Source: Candidatus Planktophila sp. | GTDB taxonomy: Bacteria > Actinomycetota > Actinomycetes > Nanopelagicales > Nanopelagicaceae | NCBI GenBank assembly: GCA_044377285.1 | Contig: JBILJK010000001.1 | Span: forward strand, 5,231-69,230 | Direction of reading: 5' to 3' | DNA: 64,000 nt | Shown: positions 49,938-59,772 of the stretch, in pieces | Numbering within the stretch: position 1 is the first letter of the stretch | Layout: the number at the start of each line of letters is the position of its first letter | Program-made: the position numbers and the translations under genes | Notes under the pieces: generated by a model | Seen by the model: only the letters and a program-made list of their open reading frames with translations | What the model was told of the DNA's origin: nothing | The model's database searches: none

Positions 49938-52900
49938 GTGTCTATGGCTTCCTTAGCCGATGTAGATAAGCATCGCGTAACTGCAGTTCTTGTTTCTCAT
50001 AATGGAGCTATTTGGTTACCCGAAGTTGTTGCAGCACTGACTTCTCAGACTCGACCAATTGATGTCATAACTGCAGTCGATACAGGATCAGAAGATGCAT
50101 CTACAAAGTTATTGAAATCTGCACGCATCCCATTTTTTACTTCAGATCGTGAAACAGGTTTTGGACAAGCAGTTTCACTGGCAGTAGATAAATTACCGCC
50201 ACGCGTTGACCACGAATGGATCTGGTTAATCCATGATGATTGCGCACCAGCACCAACTGCGCTCGCAGAGTTGTTAAATGCAATCGATGACCGCCCCCAA
50301 GTAGTTATGGTTGGTCCAAAATTACTAGGCTGGCATGATCGAACACATTTGTTAGAAGCTGGAATCAGTATTGCTGGTAATGGCGCACGATGGACCGGAC
50401 TTGAACCATTGGAGTACGACCAAGGCCAGCACGATGGAATTCATGACGTGCTTTCTGTTAGTACAGCTGGTGCACTAATTCGTCGAGATGTTTTCGAAGA
50501 GCTGGGCGGGCTTGATCCAAACCTTGAATTATTCCGTGATGATGTTGATTTCGGGTGGCGCGCACGTACGGCTGGACATTCAGTCATAGCAGCCACTAGC
50601 GCTGTTGCATTTCATGCACAAGCATCAGCTACTGAACGTCGACAGATCGATGTTGCAGGAGCTTTCTTGCATCGTCCTTTACTGTTAGACCGTCGCAACG
50701 CAGCATATGTTTTGCTTGCAAACTCTTCGTGGTGGATGCTTCCTTGGATTGCAGTCCAGTTATTGGGATCTGCTCTTGTTCGCGCCCTCGGATATTTATT
50801 AGCGAAGTTACCTGGTTATGCATCCGATGAGATTCTGGCGGTGGCATCGTTAATTGTTCGCCCTGGCATGCTTTTGGAAGCACGCAAGATTCGCAAAAAA
50901 CAAAGATTTGTTACCGCTCGAGTTGTAGCAACGTACATACCCCCTCGTTGGTCACAACTTCGATTAGGGACCGAACGTTTATTTGAAATTATGCGGGCCA
51001 GAGTATTTCCAGATGACACTTCGATTTCAGTATCGATTCTTGATTCTGTGGAGGATGAAGATTTACTGACACCGATTAAAAGTGTTAACTGGCTATCTGT
51101 CTTTAAGCGACCAGAGGTTATTGGTTTCTTTGCACTTGCAATTATTTCACTCATTAACTCCAGAAACCGCTTAGGCGCAATAGTGGGTGGAGCTCTTCCA
51201 GTCTCACCATCTGGTGCCACTGATTTATGGCGAACATATTTCGAGTCGTGGCATCAAGTCGGAATGGGCTCTTCCCTGGCCACTCCGCCCTGGGTGGCGG
51301 TTACAGCTCTTGCATCAATTGCCGTATTAGGAAAAATTCCATTCTTCATCACAACCTTTTTCTTAATTGCACCGATATTGATAATGTGGACTGGTTTTCT
51401 ATTACTGAGGAAGTTAACTAGCAACAACTGGATTTCCATCCCAGCAGCATTTCTATATGCAATTTCACCAGTAACAATTGCAGCAGTTAGCTCAGGACAA
51501 ATTGGCACGCTAGTTCTTCTTATCTTTGTGCCACTTGTAGCCATCATTCTTCATGATTGGTGGGCTATTGAAAAGTACAGCTGGCGCAAGATATTTGCTG
51601 TTTCGCTTCTATTCTCGTTGTTGTATGCCTTTACATTAATGAGCTTTGTAATTGCCCTAGTCGCATCGGTTGTAATTTCTTTAGAAAATTTCAAGGAGTA
51701 CTCAGTCACACAAGACAAGAGCGTGTGGTTTGACCGTTTAACAAAGAGATCGGCACTTGTGTTAGTTCCATTTGCGGTGAACGCGCCATATTCTTTTGAA
51801 GCAATAATTAGCCCGAGCAGATTCTTAACAGAACCAGGGTTGCGTATCCCTGGAGGTGGAGCAATCGCTGCCCTATCTGGAAATCCTGGCGGCATTGGTT
51901 CTTTGCCGTTGTGGTTGATCAGCCCCATTGTTTTGGTATTACTTGTTTCTTTATTTTCTTCAACACATGCGCGTGGCATTGCAGAGTATGGAGTCGGCGC
52001 ATTATCAATGGCCATATTTTTTGGTTCTCTTTCAATTTCTACTCGAGGAAATGAGGGGGCTGCAAAAGTTTGGACTGGCCCTGTTCTCACTATTGTGACC
52101 TTAGCTGCGGTAGCGGCAGGAACAGTTTTGCTAGATAGCTTGCGCCAAACTTTGATCTTGAGTCATATTCACTATCGACATTTTTTGGCTGCAATTCTAA
52201 TTTTTGTAACTGCGACATACGCATTTGTGGCCGTTGGATTCAGCCTTACTACTGGTGCAAATTCTGTAGTCAAAGCTAATCGTGCGACCGTTATGCCAGC
52301 ATTCTTAAGCGTTGAGGCAGAGACCAAAATACTTGTATTACGCGAAATTGATCACGCTTCTGACAAGAGAATTCAGTATTACATTTCTAGAGGTCGAGAT
52401 ATCGCACTAGGCGAAGCTGATGTTGCCCCCCGACAAAATGTAGCTATCGCCCAAGCAGCACGATCATTGATAGATGGAACAGGAATTGCCAGCAGTAAGA
52501 CTTTGGCTGATTATGGAATCAAATATGTTTATGTAAAGAATCCATTTAAAAAGGAGATCATTAGATCAATCGATGGACTTGGTGGCTTTACTCGAACATC
52601 TGCAACATCACTTGGTGTTGTTTGGAAAGTTAGTCAACCAACAGGTCGACTTTTGTTTGTTGCCGAAGATGGGACGCGATCAGTTCTGGAAGCTGGAGAA
52701 TTTGGCGCACGCACATTTGTTCCAGGTCCAGGAACATTGATTCTCACAGAATCCTCTAACAGGTCATGGCAAGTACTACAAAATGGCTACCGCTTAGATC
52801 GAACCAACAATGAACTTGGATTACCTACATTCAAAGTCACAGAGTCGGGGGAGATTTCATTGCTACACGACGGAACGGTGCGTCGGGGCTGGCTTTCGCT

Positions 52901-52988
52901 TCAATTGATATTTTTAGTTGTAGTACTTGTAATGGCACTTCCTGCCGGTCGCCGAAAAAGTGAAATCTCCGAAGAGGAGCTGGCATGA
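49938..52988 (+). CDS. Large membrane glycosyltransferase (GT2 domain + multi-TM region + extracellular domain)
   Basis: VDTGS, WLIHDD, GPKL, DDVDFGWR, then many TM helices. Confidence 0.88.
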   Translation: MSMASLADVDKHRVTAVLVSHNGAIWLPEVVAALTSQTRPIDVITAVDTGSEDASTKLLKSARIPFFTSDRETGFGQAVSLAVDKLPPRVDHEWIWLIHDDCAPAPTALAELLNAIDDRPQVVMVGPKLLGWHDRTHLLEAGISIAGNGARWTGLEPLEYDQGQHDGIHDVLSVSTAGALIRRDVFEELGGLDPNLELFRDDVDFGWRARTAGHSVIAATSAVAFHAQASATERRQIDVAGAFLHRPLLLDRRNAAYVLLANSSWWMLPWIAVQLLGSALVRALGYLLAKLPGYASDEILAVASLIVRPGMLLEARKIRKKQRFVTARVVATYIPPRWSQLRLGTERLFEIMRARVFPDDTSISVSILDSVEDEDLLTPIKSVNWLSVFKRPEVIGFFALAIISLINSRNRLGAIVGGALPVSPSGATDLWRTYFESWHQVGMGSSLATPPWVAVTALASIAVLGKIPFFITTFFLIAPILIMWTGFLLLRKLTSNNWISIPAAFLYAISPVTIAAVSSGQIGTLVLLIFVPLVAIILHDWWAIEKYSWRKIFAVSLLFSLLYAFTLMSFVIALVASVVISLENFKEYSVTQDKSVWFDRLTKRSALVLVPFAVNAPYSFEAIISPSRFLTEPGLRIPGGGAIAALSGNPGGIGSLPLWLISPIVLVLLVSLFSSTHARGIAEYGVGALSMAIFFGSLSISTRGNEGAAKVWTGPVLTIVTLAAVAAGTVLLDSLRQTLILSHIHYRHFLAAILIFVTATYAFVAVGFSLTTGANSVVKANRATVMPAFLSVEAETKILVLREIDHASDKRIQYYISRGRDIALGEADVAPRQNVAIAQAARSLIDGTGIASSKTLADYGIKYVYVKNPFKKEIIRSIDGLGGFTRTSATSLGVVWKVSQPTGRLLFVAEDGTRSVLEAGEFGARTFVPGPGTLILTESSNRSWQVLQNGYRLDRTNNELGLPTFKVTESGEISLLHDGTVRRGWLSLQLIFLVVVLVMALPAGRRKSEISEEELA

Positions 52989-54289
52989 AATTTGGTAGAT
53001 CAATCGGTTTACTTGCGGTTTTAGTAAGCGCTTTGTGTATTGGGGGATTACTGTCAGTTGCAGTAACCACCAAGAGTTATTCGGAAAGCTATCCGGCAGT
53101 TGTATGCCCGCCAACGATTTCAGGACTTTCTTCTCAAATTTCTCTTGCATCTCAGAAGACCCCTTTTCAGAGACTCCAAAACCGCACGACTAATACTGTG
53201 CCAGCAAAGGTGTTGCGCTTACCAGTAAATAAGGATTCATTAGTGTTTAACTCCGAAGGGGTATCCCCAGTTGTTTGGCAAAGCAAAGCTTCTAGTTGGG
53301 CTGGAGGTGCATTGTGTACAGGTCCTGCAACTTCTCAATGGTTTGTTGGTGGAACAGCTGATGTCACAACTAAAGGACGTTTGATCATTATTAATAGTGG
53401 ACTCAGTGATGCAGTCATTGATATCCAAAGTTTTACTGAAATTGGGAAACAGCCACTGCGTACGATTAACGTGGTATCAAAAAATTATGTAATTATCCCC
53501 ATTGATTCTTTGGCTCCTGGTGATAAGAGCTTAACGGTGCACGTCGCGCCACGCTCGGGACGCATTAACGCCTTCATGATTGATGAGCAAAGTAAGGGAT
53601 TAAGCACACTTGGTGGAGATCTCATTAATTTCGCACCAGGTGCCAGTAAGTCAGTAATGATTCCTGCTGTGCCTCATCAACTTGTAAAGAACACTAAGGC
53701 TTTACCTCATACTTTAAGAATTTTAACTCCAGGTGATGTCGATGCAAGCATAACGGCCGAAGTTTTGTCAGCCGATGGAGTTTTTGTTCCAGTCGGATTA
53801 ACTTCACGTTCAATTAGCGCCGGAATTGTTACTGATTTCCAATTCACTCCAAACATAACCTCGGCAATAATGGGAGTTCGAATTACTTCAACCGAACCGG
53901 TGGTTGCGGCAATAAAGTCCACCGTGGCTGTCGCTGGCAGGAAAGATTTCGTGTGGAGCACTGCTGCTCCTGCGCTTGTTCCACTGACAATTGCACTATC
54001 TGGATTAAATCCACTTATTTCGTTTACGGGGGAAAGCATCAATGTTTCAGTAGATGTGACTTTAAATAATGGAAAAGTTGTTCGAAAAAATGTAAAGGGC
54101 ACTGACATCGTTACCTGGCGAGCACCAGAAGCAGCGCGATCCTTATCGATTACGAAAGTTGGCCCTGAGACTTTCGCAGGAGCTCTCGTATCTTCAATAA
54201 ATGGGTATGGGTACTTTCCTATAGCTCCTGGAAGTGTTTTAACAAAGATCCAATTACCAGATTCAAATATTCGCGTCTTAAATCCCTGA
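52985..54289 (+). CDS. DUF5719-like membrane-anchored secreted protein
   Basis: N-terminal anchor, VVCP, ALC...WFVGG; ATGA overlap; position after the whiB-linked GT2. Confidence 0.75.
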   Translation: MKFGRSIGLLAVLVSALCIGGLLSVAVTTKSYSESYPAVVCPPTISGLSSQISLASQKTPFQRLQNRTTNTVPAKVLRLPVNKDSLVFNSEGVSPVVWQSKASSWAGGALCTGPATSQWFVGGTADVTTKGRLIIINSGLSDAVIDIQSFTEIGKQPLRTINVVSKNYVIIPIDSLAPGDKSLTVHVAPRSGRINAFMIDEQSKGLSTLGGDLINFAPGASKSVMIPAVPHQLVKNTKALPHTLRILTPGDVDASITAEVLSADGVFVPVGLTSRSISAGIVTDFQFTPNITSAIMGVRITSTEPVVAAIKSTVAVAGRKDFVWSTAAPALVPLTIALSGLNPLISFTGESINVSVDVTLNNGKVVRKNVKGTDIVTWRAPEAARSLSITKVGPETFAGALVSSINGYGYFPIAPGSVLTKIQLPDSNIRVLNP

Positions 54290-54331
54290 CAATCCCAAGA
54301 TTTATACCTCGCTCCCACTAATGTTTCACAT

Positions 54332-54703
54332 ATGAGAACACAAGGCGGTCGTGGCTGCTCTCGCGCAGGTTGCCGAACTCAGGCAACGATGACGCTGACC
54401 TATGTGTACTCCGAATCAACGGCCGTTGTTGGCCCACTTGCAACATATTCCGAACCACACGCCTATGACTTGTGTGCAGTGCATGGTGCACGTCTAAAAG
54501 TTCCTCACGGCTGGAATGTGATCAAACAAGAACTCGATGGTCAGACACAGGGACCAACAGAAGATGACTTAATGGCTATCGCAGATGCTGTTCGAGAAGT
54601 CGCACGCAAAGAGATTCCAGCAGGATCTCCCACTGAAATTTCATCGACACCACAACATATTGGTCGCCGCGGTCATTTGCGCGCTGTTCCTTCTTCGGAG
54701 TAA
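54332..54703 (+). CDS. DUF3499 family protein
   Basis: CSRAGC, TLTYVY, VGPL, YDLCAVH, DDLMAIADAVRE, RRGHLR; TAATGT 7 nt upstream. Confidence 0.92.
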   Translation: MRTQGGRGCSRAGCRTQATMTLTYVYSESTAVVGPLATYSEPHAYDLCAVHGARLKVPHGWNVIKQELDGQTQGPTEDDLMAIADAVREVARKEIPAGSPTEISSTPQHIGRRGHLRAVPSSE

Positions 54704-54706
54704 TTA

Positions 54707-56062
54707 GTGAACGAGTTTGCACACATTTTTAAAGCCTACGACATTCGTGGATTAGTTGATGTTGAAATTGATGGTGACTTCGCATTTGCAACTGGCGTTG
54801 CCTTTGCTCGTTTTCTGCAAATAGAAAGAGAGCCGGGAACAATTGTCATAGGAGAAGACATGCGCCCGTCCTCACCTTTATTAGCGGATGCATTTTCTGC
54901 AGGTGCAACATCTCTTGGTATGGATGTGATTCGTATCGGGCTGGCATCAACTGACATGTTGTACTTTGCATCAGGAAAACTAGGGTTACCTGGCGCGATG
55001 TTTACCGCAAGTCACAATCCAGCTGAATACAACGGAATAAAGCTGTGCCTCAGTAATGCCCGTCCAATTGGTAAAGAGTCTGGCTTAGTTACCATTGAAA
55101 AATTTGTTCGTGAGGGTTCACCGATAGCGCTTCGAAATGTAGGAGTTGAAAAACAGCGCGATATGCTCGAAGAATATGTAGATCACCTTTTAACGCTTGT
55201 AGACATTAAAAATATTCGCCCACTCAAAATTATTGTTGATGCAGGTAATGGAATGGCCGGTCATACCGCGCCTGCAATCTTTGCTCGACTCAATTGTGAA
55301 GTTATTCCGATGTACTTTGAACTCGATGGCACATTTCCTAATCACGAGGCAAACCCACTTGATGAAAGTACCTTGAGCGATCTAAAGCAAGCAATGATCG
55401 ATCAGAAGGCTGATCTTGGTTTGGCATTTGATGGAGATGCGGATCGTTGCTTCTTGGTGGATGAACGCGGAACTGCGGTCAATCCATCGGCATTAACATC
55501 ATTGATTGCCCATCGCGAATTAATTAAGCGCCCAGGTTCATCGATTATTTATAACTTAATATCATCCCGCGCTGTTCAAGAAGTTATTAACGAAAATGGT
55601 GGAGTTGGATTACGAAGTCGCGTTGGCCATTCTTATATTAAACAAATGATGGCAGATAGCGGCGCCATCTTTGGTGGGGAACATTCAGGACACTTTTATT
55701 TTAAAGAGTTTTGGCGTGCAGATTCGGGAGCCCTAGCTGCGTTGCATGCAATTGCAGCTTTAGGCCAGAGTAATTCAACAATGTCAGCATTACTTGCACC
55801 GTATAACAGGTATGTCATAAGTGGAGAAATAAATTCAAAGGTCGCAGATACTAAAGTGGCTACAGAAAAAGTTGAGAATAGTTATCTGTCTGATCAGGTC
55901 ACGATGGATCATCTGGATGGGCTAACCGTAAACGGGGATACCTGGTGGTTTAATCTTCGCCCATCAAATACCGAGCCACTACTTCGACTCAATGTTGAGG
56001 CTTCAACACAGGCTCAAATGGAGACTGTGCGTGATGCGGTTCTCTCACTTATCCGCGGCTAA
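54707..56062 (+). CDS. manB: Phosphomannomutase/phosphoglucomutase
   Basis: IFKAYDIRG, TASHNP, FDGDADR, GGEHSGH, RPSNTEP. Confidence 0.94.
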   Translation: MNEFAHIFKAYDIRGLVDVEIDGDFAFATGVAFARFLQIEREPGTIVIGEDMRPSSPLLADAFSAGATSLGMDVIRIGLASTDMLYFASGKLGLPGAMFTASHNPAEYNGIKLCLSNARPIGKESGLVTIEKFVREGSPIALRNVGVEKQRDMLEEYVDHLLTLVDIKNIRPLKIIVDAGNGMAGHTAPAIFARLNCEVIPMYFELDGTFPNHEANPLDESTLSDLKQAMIDQKADLGLAFDGDADRCFLVDERGTAVNPSALTSLIAHRELIKRPGSSIIYNLISSRAVQEVINENGGVGLRSRVGHSYIKQMMADSGAIFGGEHSGHFYFKEFWRADSGALAALHAIAALGQSNSTMSALLAPYNRYVISGEINSKVADTKVATEKVENSYLSDQVTMDHLDGLTVNGDTWWFNLRPSNTEPLLRLNVEASTQAQMETVRDAVLSLIRG

Positions 56063-56187
56063 TTCCCGTTTTCCATTAGAGAGTTTAAGCGTGTGGCGGT
56101 AATCTTTACCCATAGTCGCCTAGCACTGTAGAGCCCTACGCCTTAGGTACCCAAACAATACTTTGAATACCACTTAAGGAGATATAC

Positions 56188-57474
56188 GTGAACGTTCCAG
56201 TAACAGCAACTCTTCCAGCACATGACATTGCAGATGCATCACTTGCTGCAGAAGGAAAAAAGAAAATTGAATGGGCAGAACGCAACATGCCTGTTCTGGC
56301 ACAAATCCGTGAGCGCTTTGAAAAGTCACAGCCATTTGCAGGCGTACGTATTTCTGCATGTATGCACGTAACAACTGAGACCGCTAACTTGATGCGTGTT
56401 TTAAAAGCTGGCGGAGCAGAGATTGCGCTGTGCGCATCAAATCCACTGTCAACACAAGATGACACAGCCGCAGCGCTAGTTCACGAATACGGAATTTCTG
56501 TATTTGCTCGAAACGCAGTAGACCGTGATGGTTATTACAAGCACATCAATGCAGCACTAGATATCGCACCTCACCAAGTGTTTGATGATGGTTGCGATCT
56601 AGTAAACACACTTCATACAACACGAAAAGAATTGATCCCAGGAATCACTGGTGGTTGTGAAGAGACAACAACAGGCGTGATTCGCCTTAACCAGATGGCA
56701 AAAGATGGCGCACTGCAGTTCCCAATGATCGCTGTTAATGACACCGACACCAAGCACATGTTCGATAACCGTTATGGAACAGGTCAATCAACTCTTGATG
56801 CAGTCTTCCGTGCAACTAACTTCTTGCTTGCTGGTCGAATTGTTGTTGTGGCTGGCTTTGGATATTGCGGTAAAGGCGTTGCAGAACGTGCAAAGGGAAT
56901 GGGCGCTGATGTAGTCGTTACCGAAATTGATCCAACAAAGGCACTTGATGCAATGATGCAAGGCTTCCGTGTGATGCCAATGCTCGATGCAGCAGCGGTT
57001 GGAGATGTGTTTATTACCGTTACTGGTAACCGTGATGTATTGCGTGACGAGCACTTTGCAGTAATGAAGGATGGAGCAATCATGGCTAACTCAGGCCACT
57101 TTGACATCGAAATCGATGTTGCATGGCTAGAGCAGAATTCAAAGACAAAGAATGCAAAGATGCGCCACCAAACTGATGAGTATGTACTGGCAGATGGACG
57201 CCGCTTACTTCTACTTGCAGAAGGTCGCCTAGTTAACTTAGGTGCAGCTGAAGGACACCCAGCGTCAGTTATGGATATGTCATTCTCTGATCAGGCGTTA
57301 ACAGCGGAATACCTTGTAAAGGAAGCAAAGAACTTGAAGCCAGGAGTCCACGAGGTTCCTACTTATATTGACAAGGAAGTTGCTTCACTTAAGTTGATCA
57401 GCATGGGTGGTCGTATTGACGTTCTAACTCCTGCACAAGATATGTACCTGAACTCTTGGGAGCACGGTAGCTAA
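56188..57474 (+). CDS. ahcY: Adenosylhomocysteinase (short type)
   Basis: NPLSTQD, EETTTG, FDNRYGTGQS, GFGYCGKG, NSGHFD, GRLVNLG, GHP; AAGGAG SD. Confidence 0.96.
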   Translation: MNVPVTATLPAHDIADASLAAEGKKKIEWAERNMPVLAQIRERFEKSQPFAGVRISACMHVTTETANLMRVLKAGGAEIALCASNPLSTQDDTAAALVHEYGISVFARNAVDRDGYYKHINAALDIAPHQVFDDGCDLVNTLHTTRKELIPGITGGCEETTTGVIRLNQMAKDGALQFPMIAVNDTDTKHMFDNRYGTGQSTLDAVFRATNFLLAGRIVVVAGFGYCGKGVAERAKGMGADVVVTEIDPTKALDAMMQGFRVMPMLDAAAVGDVFITVTGNRDVLRDEHFAVMKDGAIMANSGHFDIEIDVAWLEQNSKTKNAKMRHQTDEYVLADGRRLLLLAEGRLVNLGAAEGHPASVMDMSFSDQALTAEYLVKEAKNLKPGVHEVPTYIDKEVASLKLISMGGRIDVLTPAQDMYLNSWEHGS

Positions 57475-58160
57475 TGACCTTAGTTATGGTCGTCGATGAC
57501 GACCAGGATCTTGCGGAGATGCTTGGCATCGTTTTAACAGGTGCCGGCATCGACGTAGATCTAGTAAGTCGTGGCGATGAGGTCATGGATGTTTTCCGTA
57601 ACAATCCACCAGATTTAGTTTTGTTGGATGTTATGTTGCCTGGCCTTGATGGAATCGAAGTCTGTAAATTGATTCGTGCCGAATCAATGGTTCCCATCGT
57701 CATGCTTTCAGCTAAAGGTGACACGCAAGATGTTGTTAAAGGTTTAGAAGCCGGTGCCGATGACTACATGGTTAAACCATTTCGTCATCCATCCGAGCTC
57801 ATTGCACGAATTCGAACACGGTTACGTCGCACAAATGCTGAAGTCTTAGGGCTATTAACTATTGGTGATTTGGCTATTGATGTTCAAGCGCATCAGATAC
57901 TGCGCGCAGGTAAGCAAATTGCTTTAACCCGTCTGGAATTCGATTTACTTGTTGCACTGGCTAAGGAGCCAGGCCGAGTCTTTACCCGTGATGCTTTGCT
58001 AAGCGAAGTGTGGGGTTATCGCCATTCCACAGATACACGATTAGTAAATGTTCACGTCCAGCGCTTACGTTCAAAGATTGAGCACGACGCAGAGCACCCA
58101 GAAATTGTCATCACAATTCGCGGTGTTGGCTACAAAGCAGGAGTCATGGGCGGTTCCTAA
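57474..58160 (+). CDS. mtrA: Response regulator MtrA
   Basis: VVDDD, LLDVMLP, GADDY, DTRLVNVHVQRLRSK. Confidence 0.96.
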   Translation: MTLVMVVDDDQDLAEMLGIVLTGAGIDVDLVSRGDEVMDVFRNNPPDLVLLDVMLPGLDGIEVCKLIRAESMVPIVMLSAKGDTQDVVKGLEAGADDYMVKPFRHPSELIARIRTRLRRTNAEVLGLLTIGDLAIDVQAHQILRAGKQIALTRLEFDLLVALAKEPGRVFTRDALLSEVWGYRHSTDTRLVNVHVQRLRSKIEHDAEHPEIVITIRGVGYKAGVMGGS

Positions 58161-58162
58161 TC

Positions 58163-59713
58163 ATGAACCGTTTTTCCTGGAAAGTACGCAACTCCCTTGG
58201 ATTCAAGGTAATCATTTCAACTGTAATTCTGTCATTGGGCGTTGTTTGGATTACTGGATCTGCTCTCAATTCAAGGCTTTCTAGCGGAATCAAAGAGGTA
58301 AATCTGAACTCTGCAATAGTGGAGGCTCGTTCTACGATCTTTACCGCCGATTACCGCTTCTTGCTAGCCCAAGGAGAAAAGGATGAAGTTGTTCAAAAAG
58401 TAGTGGACGATGTCATTAGCTCTGCAACAACTATTACATCAAATGAAAATACTCGTGAGGTCGTTTTCCTTCGTAGCCCAGGCAATACGATGGAGAAGAA
58501 TTACGAAATTGCTTCAAATTTCTTGGATCCAGATTCAATCCCTAAATCATTAAGTGAGCGAGTCCGTAAATCTAATGACACTGTGTGGCAGTACACAACC
58601 ATGCGTTATGTTCAAGGAACGAGCGTAGCCGGACTTGCAATCGGGCAGAAGGTACAGATTCCAGGTGCAGGCCAATACGAAATGTATATTGCTTTTTCAT
58701 TGGCAAATGAAGAAAAAACATTGAATCTAATTAACAGCTATCTAATTCTTGCTGGCTTAATTTTGCTTCTATTAATCTCATTGATTACTTGGGTTGTTGT
58801 ACGCCAGGTTGTGAAGCCTGTAGGTGAGGCGGCTCGAATCGCAACTGAATTTACTTCAGGAGATTTTAGACAGCGCATGAAGGTGAAATCACAAGATGAA
58901 ATATCAAGACTTGGCCATGCTTTTAATGAGATGGCAGAGTCACTTGAGCAGCAGATTGCTAGGTTAGAAAACCTCTCTCGGGTTCAGCAGCGTTTCGTTT
59001 CAGATGTATCGCACGAGCTGCGCACCCCATTAACAACTTTGCGAATGGCATCCGAAGTAATTTCCGCCTCTAGAGAAAGTTTTGACCCAACAGTTGCTCG
59101 TAGTACCGAATTGTTAGTTGCGCAGCTTGATCGTTTCGAGCGCTTGCTCGAAGACTTGTTAGAGGTTTCACGATTTGATGCCGAAGTTGCAATTCTAGAA
59201 GCTGTTGATTTCGACATTGTGCAGTTAGTTAATCGTTGCGCAGAGGACTTGGCACTTGTAGCCAAGGAGAGAAAGACTCAGATATTTGTTAAGTCTGCAG
59301 AGCCTGCAATCATGATTAAGGCTGATATCCGTCGTGTTGAGCGTATTTTACGTAATCTCATGGCCAACGCAATCGATCACTCAGAGGAGATACAGATCGA
59401 TGTACAGATAGAAGCTAGCGAAAGTGATGTAGCAATTGGTGTACGAGATTATGGAATTGGGCTAGATGAAAACTCTTTGACAAGAGTTTTCGACCGGTTC
59501 TGGCGTGCCGATCCATCAAGAGCTCGAACTCGTGGGGGTACTGGACTGGGACTTTCCATTGCACTAGAAGATGCGCGATTGCACAACGGTGAGCTTGAGG
59601 CATGGGGACGTCCTGGACGAGGGGCGCACTTTGTTGTTACTTTGCCTAGAAAAACATGGGAATCGATTGATCGCCGTTTAATCCCGCTTCAGCCGGAAGA
59701 TTACAGAGCTTAG
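58163..59713 (+). CDS. mtrB: Sensor histidine kinase MtrB
   Basis: 2 TM, HAMP, FVSDVSHELRTPLTT, RFWRADPSRARTRGGTGLGL. Confidence 0.95.
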   Translation: MNRFSWKVRNSLGFKVIISTVILSLGVVWITGSALNSRLSSGIKEVNLNSAIVEARSTIFTADYRFLLAQGEKDEVVQKVVDDVISSATTITSNENTREVVFLRSPGNTMEKNYEIASNFLDPDSIPKSLSERVRKSNDTVWQYTTMRYVQGTSVAGLAIGQKVQIPGAGQYEMYIAFSLANEEKTLNLINSYLILAGLILLLLISLITWVVVRQVVKPVGEAARIATEFTSGDFRQRMKVKSQDEISRLGHAFNEMAESLEQQIARLENLSRVQQRFVSDVSHELRTPLTTLRMASEVISASRESFDPTVARSTELLVAQLDRFERLLEDLLEVSRFDAEVAILEAVDFDIVQLVNRCAEDLALVAKERKTQIFVKSAEPAIMIKADIRRVERILRNLMANAIDHSEEIQIDVQIEASESDVAIGVRDYGIGLDENSLTRVFDRFWRADPSRARTRGGTGLGLSIALEDARLHNGELEAWGRPGRGAHFVVTLPRKTWESIDRRLIPLQPEDYRA

Positions 59714-59772
59714 TTTCCACATATCAGGTTCCAACTTATTCGTTGTAATCACTTACGCAGCACCATTAGCCA

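Noticed and set aside
53707-54318. 203-aa antisense ORF (and other long antisense ORFs such as 7685-8164, 13968-14918, 29245-29760, 51551-52090)
   Set aside because: Lie opposite well-supported genes, no motifs; explained by codon bias on the coding strand
56063-56187. Canonical SAH riboswitch
   Set aside because: GAGGAGCG...AGGCTC and CGCTC elements not found
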